From the IMG/VR virus record IMGVR_UViG_3300045988_005108, positions 30,118 through 94,117 of that record: DNA of 64,000 nucleotides; one strand, written 5' to 3'. Shown piece after piece: positions 38,657 through 47,203 of this stretch; position 1 is the first letter of the stretch, and the number at the start of each line of letters is the position of its first letter. The notes under the pieces are model-generated. The model ran no database searches. It was not told where the DNA came from and was given only the letters and a program-made list of their open reading frames with translations. Source of the stretch: a virus. A program made the position numbers and the translations under genes.

Positions 38657-39792
38657 AGCTTAATGTCATTAATACTATCAACACTAATGATAGAATCCTC
38701 AGAGTACTCCTCTATCATCTTCTGCACAAGTTCCTCTTCTCTTGTATCCTTGAAATAAGGTATGATGATAATAGGGGATTTATGTCTAAGTATTCTACCA
38801 ACTCTTTGCTTTACTACAATCTCTGAACTATTCAAATTGCAGAATATACCTATTCTACAATTAGTCAAGTTCACACCTTCATTGAGTATATTACAGGCAG
38901 TAATATGCTTAATCTTGTTGAGATTAAACATTTCAAGGTTCTTCACTGAAGCCTTATTCTTCGAGGTGATATTGTATTTACCTAACCTCTCTGACTGTTC
39001 AATACTACTACAGAAAGTCAAAGTCTTGTAATTCCTGAACCTGTCAAGAAGATGTAATACAAGGGCTTCCTTCTGTTCAGCACACCATTTCAACCTTTTG
39101 CCTGCTGTTGAAAGCCATAAGTTCTTTATTCTCTCATTTCTTGAGTTAAAGTACTTATTCTTGTACCACTCTATAAGTGAAGAGACATTATCATAATAGC
39201 CTTTCTGAGTAGTAGTGACCTCCTTACCAAATCTTTTGGTTCTGTACTTGCATATAGAGTTATCCAAAGTTAAGGGCAATAGGTATACTGTAGGCTCAGG
39301 CAATACTTCATCTTCTACAGCTTCCTTGAGACCACACTTAATGACCTCAGCCTTATGATTGTAGGTGAAATAGTCTCTCATATCTCTCTTGATAGTAGCA
39401 GATAGCCCAATGAAAGATTCATTGATATGGATAGTCTCCAATACATCAATTCTTGCTTCTGACAAATGCTGCATCTCATCTGCTACTACTATATCAAAGT
39501 ATGAGTCCTTATAGTTCTTTAATGACTCATAACACTCAATGGTAATATGGTCAGACTTAATACCTCCCCATTTCTTAATCTCATCCCTCCAAGTCTGCTT
39601 ATGTACAGTCTTTGCCACAAGAATAAGTATAGTAGTAGGACATTCATCATTCCTGAATACCCTATCACATATATGATTAATAAGGTCTATCGCCAATTTG
39701 GATTTACCAAAGCCTGTGATTAGCTCCAATATCATATACTTAGTCATATCTACCTTAGATAAGGCTAAATCATGTATCTCTTCTCTTGTCAT
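38653..39792 (-). CDS. Superfamily 2 DEAD/DEAH-box-type helicase
   Basis: Motif I LITGFGKSKL, motif II VVADEMQHL, motif III GLSAT, motif VI QRVGRILR. Confidence 0.8.
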   Translation of the reverse strand: MTREEIHDLALSKVDMTKYMILELITGFGKSKLAIDLINHICDRVFRNDECPTTILILVAKTVHKQTWRDEIKKWGGIKSDHITIECYESLKNYKDSYFDIVVADEMQHLSEARIDVLETIHINESFIGLSATIKRDMRDYFTYNHKAEVIKCGLKEAVEDEVLPEPTVYLLPLTLDNSICKYRTKRFGKEVTTTQKGYYDNVSSLIEWYKNKYFNSRNERIKNLWLSTAGKRLKWCAEQKEALVLHLLDRFRNYKTLTFCSSIEQSERLGKYNITSKNKASVKNLEMFNLNKIKHITACNILNEGVNLTNCRIGIFCNLNSSEIVVKQRVGRILRHKSPIIIIPYFKDTREEELVQKMIEEYSEDSIISVDSINDIKL

Positions 39793-40292
39793 TCTTTGTT
39801 TACAATACTTTTTAATGTACTTATATATTCTTTATCACTTGCATAGTTAATATTCTCAAGAAAAGCATAGTAGTTATTCGGAGGTTGATATTTCTTTTGA
39901 ATCCACTCCTTATAAGCTAAAACACTTTCAGTCCAATGCTTGAACCTACAATATCTCTTTTCTTTACTGTTATAAAGACCAAAGAGATTATTATATTTCA
40001 AACATGCCTCAGACTTGAAATGTCCTGTTTCAAGAACAGCTTGAGCATAGACAATATCTTTATGCTCTAAACCATAATAAGACAAAGCCTCCTCCAGACC
40101 CTCCTTAGGGGTCTGAGAGAAGAACTTTGGTTGCTCATTAATAATGGTATCAGCTACCTCTATTACAGGGACAGTTTCAACCTTTGGCTGTTGAGAAACT
40201 ATACTCTTGACTTGCAAGAGTAATACAATTACTGCACTCCACGGCACCACTGTAGCTGCTACAATTAGTGCTTTCAACCATTTATTTCTCAT
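39789..40292 (-). CDS. Glucosaminidase/FlgJ-type peptidoglycan hydrolase with N-terminal signal anchor (candidate endolysin)
   Basis: AQAVLETGHFKSEACLKYNNLFGL matches the LETG..S....NN.FG core of the glucosaminidase family; N-terminal hydrophobic helix. Confidence 0.65.
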   Translation of the reverse strand: MRNKWLKALIVAATVVPWSAVIVLLLQVKSIVSQQPKVETVPVIEVADTIINEQPKFFSQTPKEGLEEALSYYGLEHKDIVYAQAVLETGHFKSEACLKYNNLFGLYNSKEKRYCRFKHWTESVLAYKEWIQKKYQPPNNYYAFLENINYASDKEYISTLKSIVNKE

Positions 40293-40606
40293 ATTTTTCT
40301 TGAAAAGAATTTATCCTTAAATCTCCAATATGTGTACCAAACATCATAGCATGGACCTTCGTCAGGGTCTGAGTAGTATTTTAACCATATAATCCAAAAT
40401 ATAATGGTCTCTACTATATTAACAAATGGTATAATACTGGTAATCAGCATGATAAGTGCTATCCACAATGGAATACCTATCTTTTCAGCTTCTTTCCAGT
40501 TTAAGGAGAAGACTCCTTTTACTGGGATTGTATAAGTATGCTTTAGCACATATATTTGGATTATGAAGGATATTAAACCAATTATAACCCAATTAATCAA
40601 ATTCAT
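40289..40606 (-). CDS. Small membrane protein, 2-3 TM helices (holin-like candidate)
   Basis: 105 aa; hydrophobic segments VIIGLISFIIQIYVL, IPLWIALIMLITSIIPFV, IIFWIIWL; 4-nt overlap with the hydrolase gene. Confidence 0.4.
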   Translation of the reverse strand: MNLINWVIIGLISFIIQIYVLKHTYTIPVKGVFSLNWKEAEKIGIPLWIALIMLITSIIPFVNIVETIIFWIIWLKYYSDPDEGPCYDVWYTYWRFKDKFFSRKI

Positions 40607-40608
40607 AG

Positions 40609-41394
40609 TTACTCTATACCTTTAAATAATGTAGGCAAACTACCATATACAGGAAGCTTACCATCCCATTTATCAATCCACTGCTGCTTGAGAATCATAG
40701 GAGTCAAAGCCTGTGTTCTAAGCTTATTAGCCTCTGCTTCTGCCTGAGCTGCAACTACTTTCTTCTCTGCCTCTGCCTTAACTACAGCTAACTCATTCTG
40801 AGCCTTCTGTGCTTTTTGAATTGCAGCATTCTTAGCATTAACTGCCTCTACAATAGACTGAGGATATTTCAATCCAGAAGTTAGCTGTTCCAACTGAAAA
40901 TTCTCTTTAAGCAGTGCCTTGGACAAATGTGCTTCAATAGCTTTCTCTACCATATCTCTGTTTGATACAATCTCATCAGTAGTATACTTATTGAGCTGGA
41001 TTCTGAAAGCATCTTTTACATAGTTAAAGAGAGTTCCATTAATAACATCAGCAAGCTCCTTCCTATATTTCTTGAATACCTGAGGTGACTTACCATCAAC
41101 AATCTTCAATGAAATAGTAGGGTCAATACTGAACTCTGAACCATCCTTTGCATTAATTGTGAAAGCAGGATAATCTATTGTCTGGACATAAGTAGGATAC
41201 TCATAAACCTGCTCAGTGAATGGATTATACCATACTGCACCAGTAACCAAAGATATATCATCTACACCCTTGTCAGAGCCATAGAGATTTACCTTAATAC
41301 CCTCACAACCTGCATCTACTCTCTCATAACCACATGAGGACATACCCAACATGGTAAACAATGCCATAAGGCACATAATTACTTTACTTTTCAT
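40609..41394 (-). CDS. SPFH/Band-7 (prohibitin-like) lipoprotein
   Basis: Signal peptide with lipobox LGMSSC; SPFH-like core followed by an Ala/Glu/Lys coiled coil (VVAAQAEAEANKLRTQ). Confidence 0.65.
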   Translation of the reverse strand: MKSKVIMCLMALFTMLGMSSCGYERVDAGCEGIKVNLYGSDKGVDDISLVTGAVWYNPFTEQVYEYPTYVQTIDYPAFTINAKDGSEFSIDPTISLKIVDGKSPQVFKKYRKELADVINGTLFNYVKDAFRIQLNKYTTDEIVSNRDMVEKAIEAHLSKALLKENFQLEQLTSGLKYPQSIVEAVNAKNAAIQKAQKAQNELAVVKAEAEKKVVAAQAEAEANKLRTQALTPMILKQQWIDKWDGKLPVYGSLPTLFKGIE

Positions 41395-41575
41395 CTTCTT
41401 TTGTTTTAATGAATTTAATTATTACTTCTACACCTATCCATATAGCTACTATTAACAATACAATTCCTGCAATGTTAGCAGCTGTGTTACTCATGGTGAG
41501 TAATTGAGTAACAGCATTTAGTGCTATGAATAAACATAGTACTAAACATACTACCTTGATAATGAATTTTCTCAT
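41384..41575 (-). CDS. Small 2-TM membrane protein (63 aa)
   Basis: Two hydrophobic helices, charged C-terminus KTKEDEK, holin-like topology. Confidence 0.4.
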   Translation of the reverse strand: MRKFIIKVVCLVLCLFIALNAVTQLLTMSNTAANIAGIVLLIVAIWIGVEVIIKFIKTKEDEK

Positions 41576-41579
41576 ATTA

Positions 41580-41798
41580 TTAATCCCAATACCAAATACT
41601 TCTTGATACCATCTTTCTCATAGATATATGACCATCCAAGGTCTTCCAAAGCTTTTTATGTCTGAAAAACTTAAACTTTGCTTTTTCACCATTTTTACCA
41701 CCCACTACCTTGTACCTACGCCCATACTTATTCCATTTTCTGACTGGGTACTTATGAAGATACTTACGTGGTATATTATACTTCTTTCCTTTACTCAT
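41580..41798 (-). CDS. Highly basic small protein (72 aa)
   Basis: About one third Lys/Arg; no motif recognised. Confidence 0.45.
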   Translation of the reverse strand: MSKGKKYNIPRKYLHKYPVRKWNKYGRRYKVVGGKNGEKAKFKFFRHKKLWKTLDGHISMRKMVSRSIWYWD

Positions 41799-41989
41799 AT
41801 TGTAAATAGATGTATGTAATTTCTTACTATTTCTGGCTTATTAATAAAGTGGTTCCATTGGTGCTTGTTATACCATAATAGAACCTTATATCTGTTGCCT
41901 ACTACTATTATATCTATTGATGGCTCATAATGATTAAATAGGACCATCACGTATATTATGAGTAAAATTATAATCCATACCCTTACCAT
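41795..41989 (-). CDS. Small protein with N-terminal TM helix (64 aa)
   Basis: VWIIILLIIYVMVLF helix; 4-nt overlap with the downstream ORF. Confidence 0.45.
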   Translation of the reverse strand: MVRVWIIILLIIYVMVLFNHYEPSIDIIVVGNRYKVLLWYNKHQWNHFINKPEIVRNYIHLFTI

Positions 41990-42000
41990 AAATTACTTTT

Positions 42001-42567
42001 TTATTCATCCTCTTCTGATTTAGGACAACACACTACATACTTAAATCTTGAACAAATTCCTTTCCACTTCTTATAATCATCACATGAGTTCTTCTTCAAT
42101 GTTTTTGCATCAATGAAGTTACTTACACAAAGCATATCATACTTATTAATAGGATGATATGCTGTATTAGCAAAGTACCCATCCAGTTCCCGTATAATTG
42201 CTTCAATGGTTTCACCTGATGCTATAAAGTCATCCACAACTGTAAACCTTGTAACACCAACATCATCAATCCCTCTTAATGAAGAACAATGAGCATGTGT
42301 ATCCTCATCCTTCCTGACAATCAGGATATAGGTCTTAGTAGTTGGGTTAATGTTGTTTAACTGATTGAGTATAGCACCTGCAATCATGGCTCCTGATGTG
42401 CCTCTTGCTACAAAGGTTATGCTTGTACCTTTCTCAATGTCCTTTTTATATGTATTGAAGATTGCTTCTGCACATTGTTGTATATAACTATGCCTCCAAT
42501 GAACACCAAATGGATATACTACGCTAATAAAATGGTCAAGATGTATAAATTTAGGAACATATCCCAT
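42001..42567 (-). CDS. Type I phosphoribosyltransferase-domain protein
   Basis: RFTVVDDFIASGETI is the PRPP-binding loop (hhhhDDhhtTGgT) of PRTases; 188 aa. Confidence 0.65.
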   Translation of the reverse strand: MGYVPKFIHLDHFISVVYPFGVHWRHSYIQQCAEAIFNTYKKDIEKGTSITFVARGTSGAMIAGAILNQLNNINPTTKTYILIVRKDEDTHAHCSSLRGIDDVGVTRFTVVDDFIASGETIEAIIRELDGYFANTAYHPINKYDMLCVSNFIDAKTLKKNSCDDYKKWKGICSRFKYVVCCPKSEEDE

Positions 42568-42602
42568 AGTCTCTTAGTTTTATCCTACTTGTTCAGTAGG
42601 TT

Positions 42603-42647
42603 GTAAAAAAAAAAGAAGGACAAGGATATTATAGTACCCTTGTCCTT
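42603..42647 (-). terminator. Rho-independent terminator
   Basis: Minus strand: AAGGACAAGG-N12-CCTTGTCCTT (10-bp stem) followed by a TC-T10 run, just downstream of the ORF ending at 42668. Confidence 0.7.
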
Positions 42648-42667
42648 TACTATAAGAATATTCCCAG

Positions 42668-43102
42668 TTAGTCCTCAAACACTTGATAAGTGTACGAAGT
42701 ACCTCCAAGATGTTCTACTGTTCTCTGCAAATGAGCTTCAAGCCTTTCCTTTTCACTCATTGCAGCCCACTTGCCAGGCTTAGACCATGAAGGACAAGAA
42801 TCCTTGTCAATCATGTACTCATAAGCCTCCTTGCTCATGTTCAGGGACTGTGCAGCTGGCTTGCACTTCCTTGTATGGAAAGTGATAATTTCTGGATTGG
42901 TACCATCCTTGTCAGTCACTCTCATAGAGCACTTCTCCATCTTGTCCCAATCCTCTACTTTTACCTTAATGGTTTTCCTGTAAATTTTACCAGCTTTGGT
43001 CTTCTTCTCAATCACTTTGTGAGTTGTTTTAAGGCACTCCTCCTTGCTGAACATTGTGCTTCCTTGAAGCTCAATACTCAGACTTAACTTGATTTCATTC
43101 AT
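42668..43102 (-). CDS. Hypothetical protein (144 aa)
   Basis: ORF followed by a strong terminator. Confidence 0.55.
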   Translation of the reverse strand: MNEIKLSLSIELQGSTMFSKEECLKTTHKVIEKKTKAGKIYRKTIKVKVEDWDKMEKCSMRVTDKDGTNPEIITFHTRKCKPAAQSLNMSKEAYEYMIDKDSCPSWSKPGKWAAMSEKERLEAHLQRTVEHLGGTSYTYQVFED

Positions 43103-43107
43103 GTTTA

Positions 43108-43479
43108 TTAATCTTCTTTAGATTCTTCCTCCATAATTGTAGCAAGCATAAGAGCAGTCATTGCATCTGTCACTGTAGCTTCTCCTTTGTCTGCTCTTTC
43201 CTTCAGCTCCTCTACCATCTTCATGTGGAGAGCATGTTTCAGGACTCCAATAGTGCCCATTAGCTCTCTTGCATTGAGGAATGTTGTACTTGTTACAATC
43301 ACCTCAAAAGGTGCTTGCACTGTCTTACCTTTGTAGCTTTCTACCAAGTTTTCAATAAGTTCAACATTGGTCAAACTACCATTCTCTTTGCCACCTTCAA
43401 TGGCTTTTGCAGCATCTTCAAAATGCTTCTGTTCCAGATTTCTATCAAGAACAGTCTTTTCACTCTTTTCTCTTTTCAT
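43108..43479 (-). CDS. Hypothetical protein (123 aa)
   Basis: Helical, acidic; packed 5 nt from the next gene. Confidence 0.55.
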   Translation of the reverse strand: MKREKSEKTVLDRNLEQKHFEDAAKAIEGGKENGSLTNVELIENLVESYKGKTVQAPFEVIVTSTTFLNARELMGTIGVLKHALHMKMVEELKERADKGEATVTDAMTALMLATIMEEESKED

Positions 43480-43494
43480 ATCTTACTGTTTTAG

Positions 43495-43890
43495 TTATTC
43501 ATGCAAATGTTTTAAGTAATCCTTATCTAAGTCAGGATGTTTGTGTATTAAGAATTTGCAACTTATACACACTATCAGGTGAGCTACACCCTCTGCTGCT
43601 ATAATTCCTATTACAATATCCTGCCACTTAGGAAGTGAATCCCAGCTTGTCAGGAAGAGTATAAGAATGAGTATAGTTATCCAAAAGGTACTACAATAGA
43701 TGCAGAATCCTAATGGATATGCTATAAAATGTAAGAATCTATTGCCACTTTTAACCATAGGTACAAACACTTTACTGTACAAAGGATAGAATATCATATC
43801 CTTAACCTTCAGGCAATTCCTATAGAATATACCTAATAGTCCACCTATTACTCCCAATAGCATGAACTCTAACATTAATTGTGTAAACAT
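43495..43890 (-). CDS. Integral membrane protein, about 4 TM helices (131 aa)
   Basis: Hydrophobic segments LMLEFMLLGVIGGLLGIF, FIAYPLGFCIYC, FWITILILILFL, IVIGIIAAEGVAHLIV. Confidence 0.5.
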   Translation of the reverse strand: MFTQLMLEFMLLGVIGGLLGIFYRNCLKVKDMIFYPLYSKVFVPMVKSGNRFLHFIAYPLGFCIYCSTFWITILILILFLTSWDSLPKWQDIVIGIIAAEGVAHLIVCISCKFLIHKHPDLDKDYLKHLHE

Positions 43891-43904
43891 AAATGATTTA
43901 TTTA

Positions 43905-44186
43905 TTACTGTATATTAAGTAACTTAGCAATTCTTTGAAAAGCCCTCTCTTCATACTTTCTGTCCTCAGGGTAATTTATTGCATCTTTGCACCATTCTTC
44001 ATAGCACTCTTTATCCATAGTATCATTTAATACTACAGGGTAGTAGATGTCTCCTAATATAGGATTATCACATTGCATACAGACACAATCTCCAGAGTCT
44101 GATATACCCCAACCTAGTTTACCTGCTTCATCTACTGACAACTTGATTACCTTGAACCCTTTGTCATTCTTAACTAACTTTGCCAT
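43905..44186 (-). CDS. Hypothetical Cys-containing protein (93 aa from the internal Met)
   Basis: Track start at 44225 lies inside the tmRNA 3' end; MAKLVKNDKGF at 44186 is the more likely start. Confidence 0.5.
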   Translation of the reverse strand: MAKLVKNDKGFKVIKLSVDEAGKLGWGISDSGDCVCMQCDNPILGDIYYPVVLNDTMDKECYEEWCKDAINYPEDRKYEERAFQRIAKLLNIQ

Positions 44187-44217
44187 AAAAAAGAAATTAT
44201 TATTAAAATACTTATTG

Positions 44218-44597
44218 TGGAGCATAGGGGACTCGAACCCCTGTCTTACTAATCTTTAATAAAAGAATTACACATGCTTACTACTTTTTAATGTGGTCAG
44301 TTACCCACTGAGCTAACTGAATTTACAGCATTTCCACCACCTTATTTTATTGTCCATAAACAAGGAAAAAGTTGAGTTACCTTCTGCGAGACCACAGCCC
44401 ATTAATGCTCTTAAAGTCGGACCCTCAGCCTTAGTCTTTAATCAGGCTTTGCACCTTTCTGTTTCCAAGTAAGTGCTACTCAGCCTATTTAGGCAGCAAC
44501 TCTATAAGAAGTATTGCCAGTTATTGTTTTGATGTCTTTCCATCAGTCTTTGCATGTTCTCTTACCAAATAATTAGCAATCAAAACCAAAATGCCCC
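44218..44597 (-). ncRNA. ssrA: tmRNA (SsrA-like), tag peptide GNTSYRVAA
   Basis: 5' GGGGCAT pairs with 3' ATGCTCC (G3:U70), canonical T-arm AGGGG-TTCGAGT-CCCCT, no anticodon arm; 5' GGGGCATTTTGGTTTTGATTGC resembles the tmRNA 5' consensus; mini-ORF GGC AAT ACT TCT TAT AGA GTT GCT GCC TAA at 44518-44489 with the stop in a hairpin loop. Confidence 0.8.
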
Positions 44598-44603
44598 ATT
44601 GTG

Positions 44604-44634
44604 CAAATGATGGGAGTTGTTGATTATTAACCAA
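44604..44634 (-). promoter_or_regulatory. Weak promoter-like motif upstream of the tmRNA
   Basis: Minus strand cTTGG-N19-ATCATTTG-N6-GGGGCAT; the -7 box deviates from TAnnTTTG. Confidence 0.3.
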
Positions 44635-44667
44635 GCTATACTTAATTAAGCTCCCACCATTGCAATT

Positions 44668-44883
44668 TTATCCTACACTCCTTTCGGGATTAGGTATAAT
44701 TTCCCATCCATCATCCCATACAGAACCTTGTCTATATCTCCAGAACTCCTCTGGGTCACACATTACACCATCTTCCAAGCATAACATACCATTAGTGCAT
44801 TGAGTTACCCACTCTTCTTTACTGAAGTATCTATGCCTTACTCTGTGAGTCTGCATAGCTTTAATTGCTTCCTCTTTTGTCAT
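44668..44883 (-). CDS. Hypothetical protein (71 aa)
   Basis: 4-nt overlap with the upstream 2H phosphoesterase ORF. Confidence 0.5.
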   Translation of the reverse strand: MTKEEAIKAMQTHRVRHRYFSKEEWVTQCTNGMLCLEDGVMCDPEEFWRYRQGSVWDDGWEIIPNPERSVG

Positions 44884-45290
44884 TTCTTTTCAAGTTTTAC
44901 AGTTATAACTATAGGTTCAATATTCTTCCAATTAGTAATCTCATTGCTATCTACAGGCTTTCCTTCCCTAAATGTGGCAATGGTAATGTGTGGAATATCA
45001 TTGGCACATACTACACCCTTTTTATCTACTCTAAAAGCCATAGCTTTGCTAGAAATGCCTACACCATTAATGACTATTTGGAACTCTTTTCCCACATAAT
45101 CTTTAAGGTAATTATATATTTCAGAGTTGCCATGTAGCTGAGATACATGTAATAGTGTACAATGGTCTATGAATATTCTATCTGCAACACCCAAGGCTAT
45201 ATTATAGTCTATGTTATCAGTCAGTATATCCATTAGTCTATTCTTGGTATCTGTATCAAGAAATAGACCAAAGTAATGAAAGTTGTTCAT
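44880..45290 (-). CDS. 2H-phosphoesterase superfamily protein (Acb1-like or LigT/CPDase-like)
   Basis: Two H-x-T motifs: DHCTLLH (H43,T45) and PHITIAT (H101,T103) in a 136-aa protein, the defining feature of 2H phosphoesterases. Confidence 0.55.
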   Translation of the reverse strand: MNNFHYFGLFLDTDTKNRLMDILTDNIDYNIALGVADRIFIDHCTLLHVSQLHGNSEIYNYLKDYVGKEFQIVINGVGISSKAMAFRVDKKGVVCANDIPHITIATFREGKPVDSNEITNWKNIEPIVITVKLEKK

Positions 45291-45529
45291 ATTGTGAGTT
45301 TTAAGAATTTTCTGTTTTTGGATTCATTTCTTATTGAAAGAATGTCCTAACAAAGTCAAATATTGTTTCCTATTGAAACATCATTATTAAAGTCACGTAG
45401 CTTCCTCTTTATATCCCCACATTTGAAGCAGTTGCATTTATTAAGTGGTGATAGCTTACCTATCAGCATCACATTTTGCTTTCTTTAGGTCCCATGCTTA
45501 GTAGAAATAGTGAGCTAAATCCACCATTG

Positions 45530-45603
45530 TATCTCCAGTGAGACTCGAACTCACAACCCACAGCTTAGAAGGCTGTTGCTCTATCCAATTGAGCCATGGA
45601 GAC
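45530..45603 (-). tRNA. tRNA-Arg(TCT)
   Basis: Hand-folded cloverleaf GTCTCCA-TG-GCTC..GAGC-A-ACAGC-CTTCTAA-GCTGT-GGGTT-GTGAG-TTCGAGT-CTCAC-TGGAGAT. Confidence 0.8.
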
Positions 45604-45703
45604 ATGCAAAAGGAAACCTGTATATCACATACCAGTTTCCTATAATAACCATTGATTTACTTACCTAAAAACAATCAAATTACCTTTACAAATAACACCT
45701 TAG

Positions 45704-45775
45704 TACTCCCAACAAGACTCGAACTTGTGTCTACTCTTTAGGAGAGAGTTATTCTATCCACTGAACTATGGGAGC
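45704..45775 (-). tRNA. tRNA-Arg(CCT)
   Basis: Cloverleaf GCTCCCA...ACTCT-CTCCTAA-AGAGT...ACAAG-TTCGAGT-CTTGT-TGGGAGT. Confidence 0.8.
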
Positions 45776-45831
45776 ATTTATCCTAATGTTGCTAAGCATA
45801 AAGGGAGCAGCTAATTCCCACCATTAGGAAA

Positions 45832-45906
45832 GGTAATAGTACTTACCATTATGGTAAGAACCCCAACATTGAAAAAGCTGTGCTCTACTTGAGCTATACT
45901 ATTACC
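45832..45906 (-). tRNA. tRNA-like element, possible degenerate tRNA-Glu(TTC) with a non-canonical T-loop
   Basis: 10-bp acceptor-like helix, D-arm GCTC-AAGTA-GAGC, anticodon loop TTTTCAA, but T-loop is CATAATG instead of TTCRANY. Confidence 0.35.
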
Positions 45907-45958
45907 TTATTAACTATACTAAATTTCTGGAATTTCCATAATCATACAATTTAGTGTC

Positions 45959-46717
45959 TTAATCAAATAATCTTTTTACTTTATCACCAAGAATTTCAAC
46001 TGCTTTAATTACATCTTCTTTATTCTTGAAGTATATAATTCCTGCATGTTGTACACAGAGATGCTGATATATATCTACACCATTGTAAGCACAAACTACA
46101 TTATTGCGTCTACTACAATTGCTAATGAAATATCCTGCATTGTTTATAGTTTTCTTCCAAGAGCCATTGAAGAACTTAGCAATGATTGCCAAGTCTGTAA
46201 GTGTTTTGTACTTCTCTACTTCATTAACAGGGGCATTGACATAGAAGCCTGTATTACATACCTTGCTGTTGATGTATTTGAAGTTGAGCTTCAATTCATC
46301 CTCAGTGTATGCACTCAGTGCTAATGTACGCAATGTACTATTACCACTATTATACCACTCCATTGCCTGTTCAAGTGTTACCTTGATGTTTCTTTCCTCT
46401 TCCATGTTATTTGTTCTTTGTTTATCAATATCAGAATCACTTCCTACCAAGCTACCATTAACCAATCCAGCAGGCTGGGTAATAACCTGTCCATTTACCT
46501 TGGTAATGTAGATGTCTTTCAGAGTTATTCCTTGCTGAACTCTATCAGTATCAAAAGTAAACCCTACTACCATCATTTTACTAGTGTATCTTGGGTCTTC
46601 TATCATATCATAGAGAGATACAGTATCATAGTTGCACAAGAACTTATACTTCTTGTAAGAAGGTATTGCACCAATAGGCACCTTTCTGTCTGTGAAAATT
46701 ACAGTTATTGTTCGCAT
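45959..46717 (-). CDS. Hypothetical protein (252 aa)
   Basis: Long ORF following the minus-strand tRNAs; no motif recognised. Confidence 0.6.
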   Translation of the reverse strand: MRTITVIFTDRKVPIGAIPSYKKYKFLCNYDTVSLYDMIEDPRYTSKMMVVGFTFDTDRVQQGITLKDIYITKVNGQVITQPAGLVNGSLVGSDSDIDKQRTNNMEEERNIKVTLEQAMEWYNSGNSTLRTLALSAYTEDELKLNFKYINSKVCNTGFYVNAPVNEVEKYKTLTDLAIIAKFFNGSWKKTINNAGYFISNCSRRNNVVCAYNGVDIYQHLCVQHAGIIYFKNKEDVIKAVEILGDKVKRLFD

Positions 46718-46944
46718 AATTTTTCTCCTATTATTTTGTTAAACCATCTGTATAAAGACAATATTTCAAATTCTTTCTCTGAAATTAGTTTACAGCAACA
46801 GAATATCATTACTACAACAGCTATAAAAGTCTGAAAGAAATATCCATTGTCACAAATGCTGTCTGCTCCTGCTATGAAGAACATAGTCACAAAGGCTGTT
46901 GTCCATAACAATATACCTTTGATTATAAACTTAAATTTGTTCAT
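46705..46944 (-). CDS. Small 2-TM membrane protein (79 aa)
   Basis: Hydrophobic helices ILLWTTAFVTMFFIAGA and FIAVVVMIFCCC. Confidence 0.5.
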   Translation of the reverse strand: MNKFKFIIKGILLWTTAFVTMFFIAGADSICDNGYFFQTFIAVVVMIFCCCKLISEKEFEILSLYRWFNKIIGEKLCEQ

Positions 46945-46961
46945 TTTTGTTTAATTGTTTG

Positions 46962-47192
46962 TTAAGTTGAAAATAATTCAAGCACATCTTCTGTACTAAA
47001 TTCTACCTTATTCTTATAGTCTATATTAGACTTACTCATAGATTCATTGCCTTGATTATTCATAATGTTGCTATGAGCTAAAGTATTATTATGTACAGAG
47101 ATGTACTTTATGTATTCATCAATGACCAATCCCATACTCTTGTCAAGAAGAGCATGAGATTGGGCAAAGATGTATAACTCTCTAATTGTCAT
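46962..47192 (-). CDS. Hypothetical protein (76 aa)
   Basis: ORF in the co-oriented series. Confidence 0.5.
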   Translation of the reverse strand: MTIRELYIFAQSHALLDKSMGLVIDEYIKYISVHNNTLAHSNIMNNQGNESMSKSNIDYKNKVEFSTEDVLELFST

Positions 47193-47203
47193 ACAGTAAG
47201 TTA

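Noticed and set aside
44218-44660. First interpretation of this region as a tRNA gene interrupted by a group I intron (T-arm and acceptor 3' half at 44218-44250, candidate 5' half GGAGCTT... at 44648-44654).
   Set aside because: The 5' half candidate gives a T:T mismatch, no acceptable anticodon stem and a 7-8-nt variable loop. GGGGCAT at 44591-44597 pairs perfectly with G3:U70, and the interior contains a tag-like mini-ORF, so tmRNA explains the region much better.
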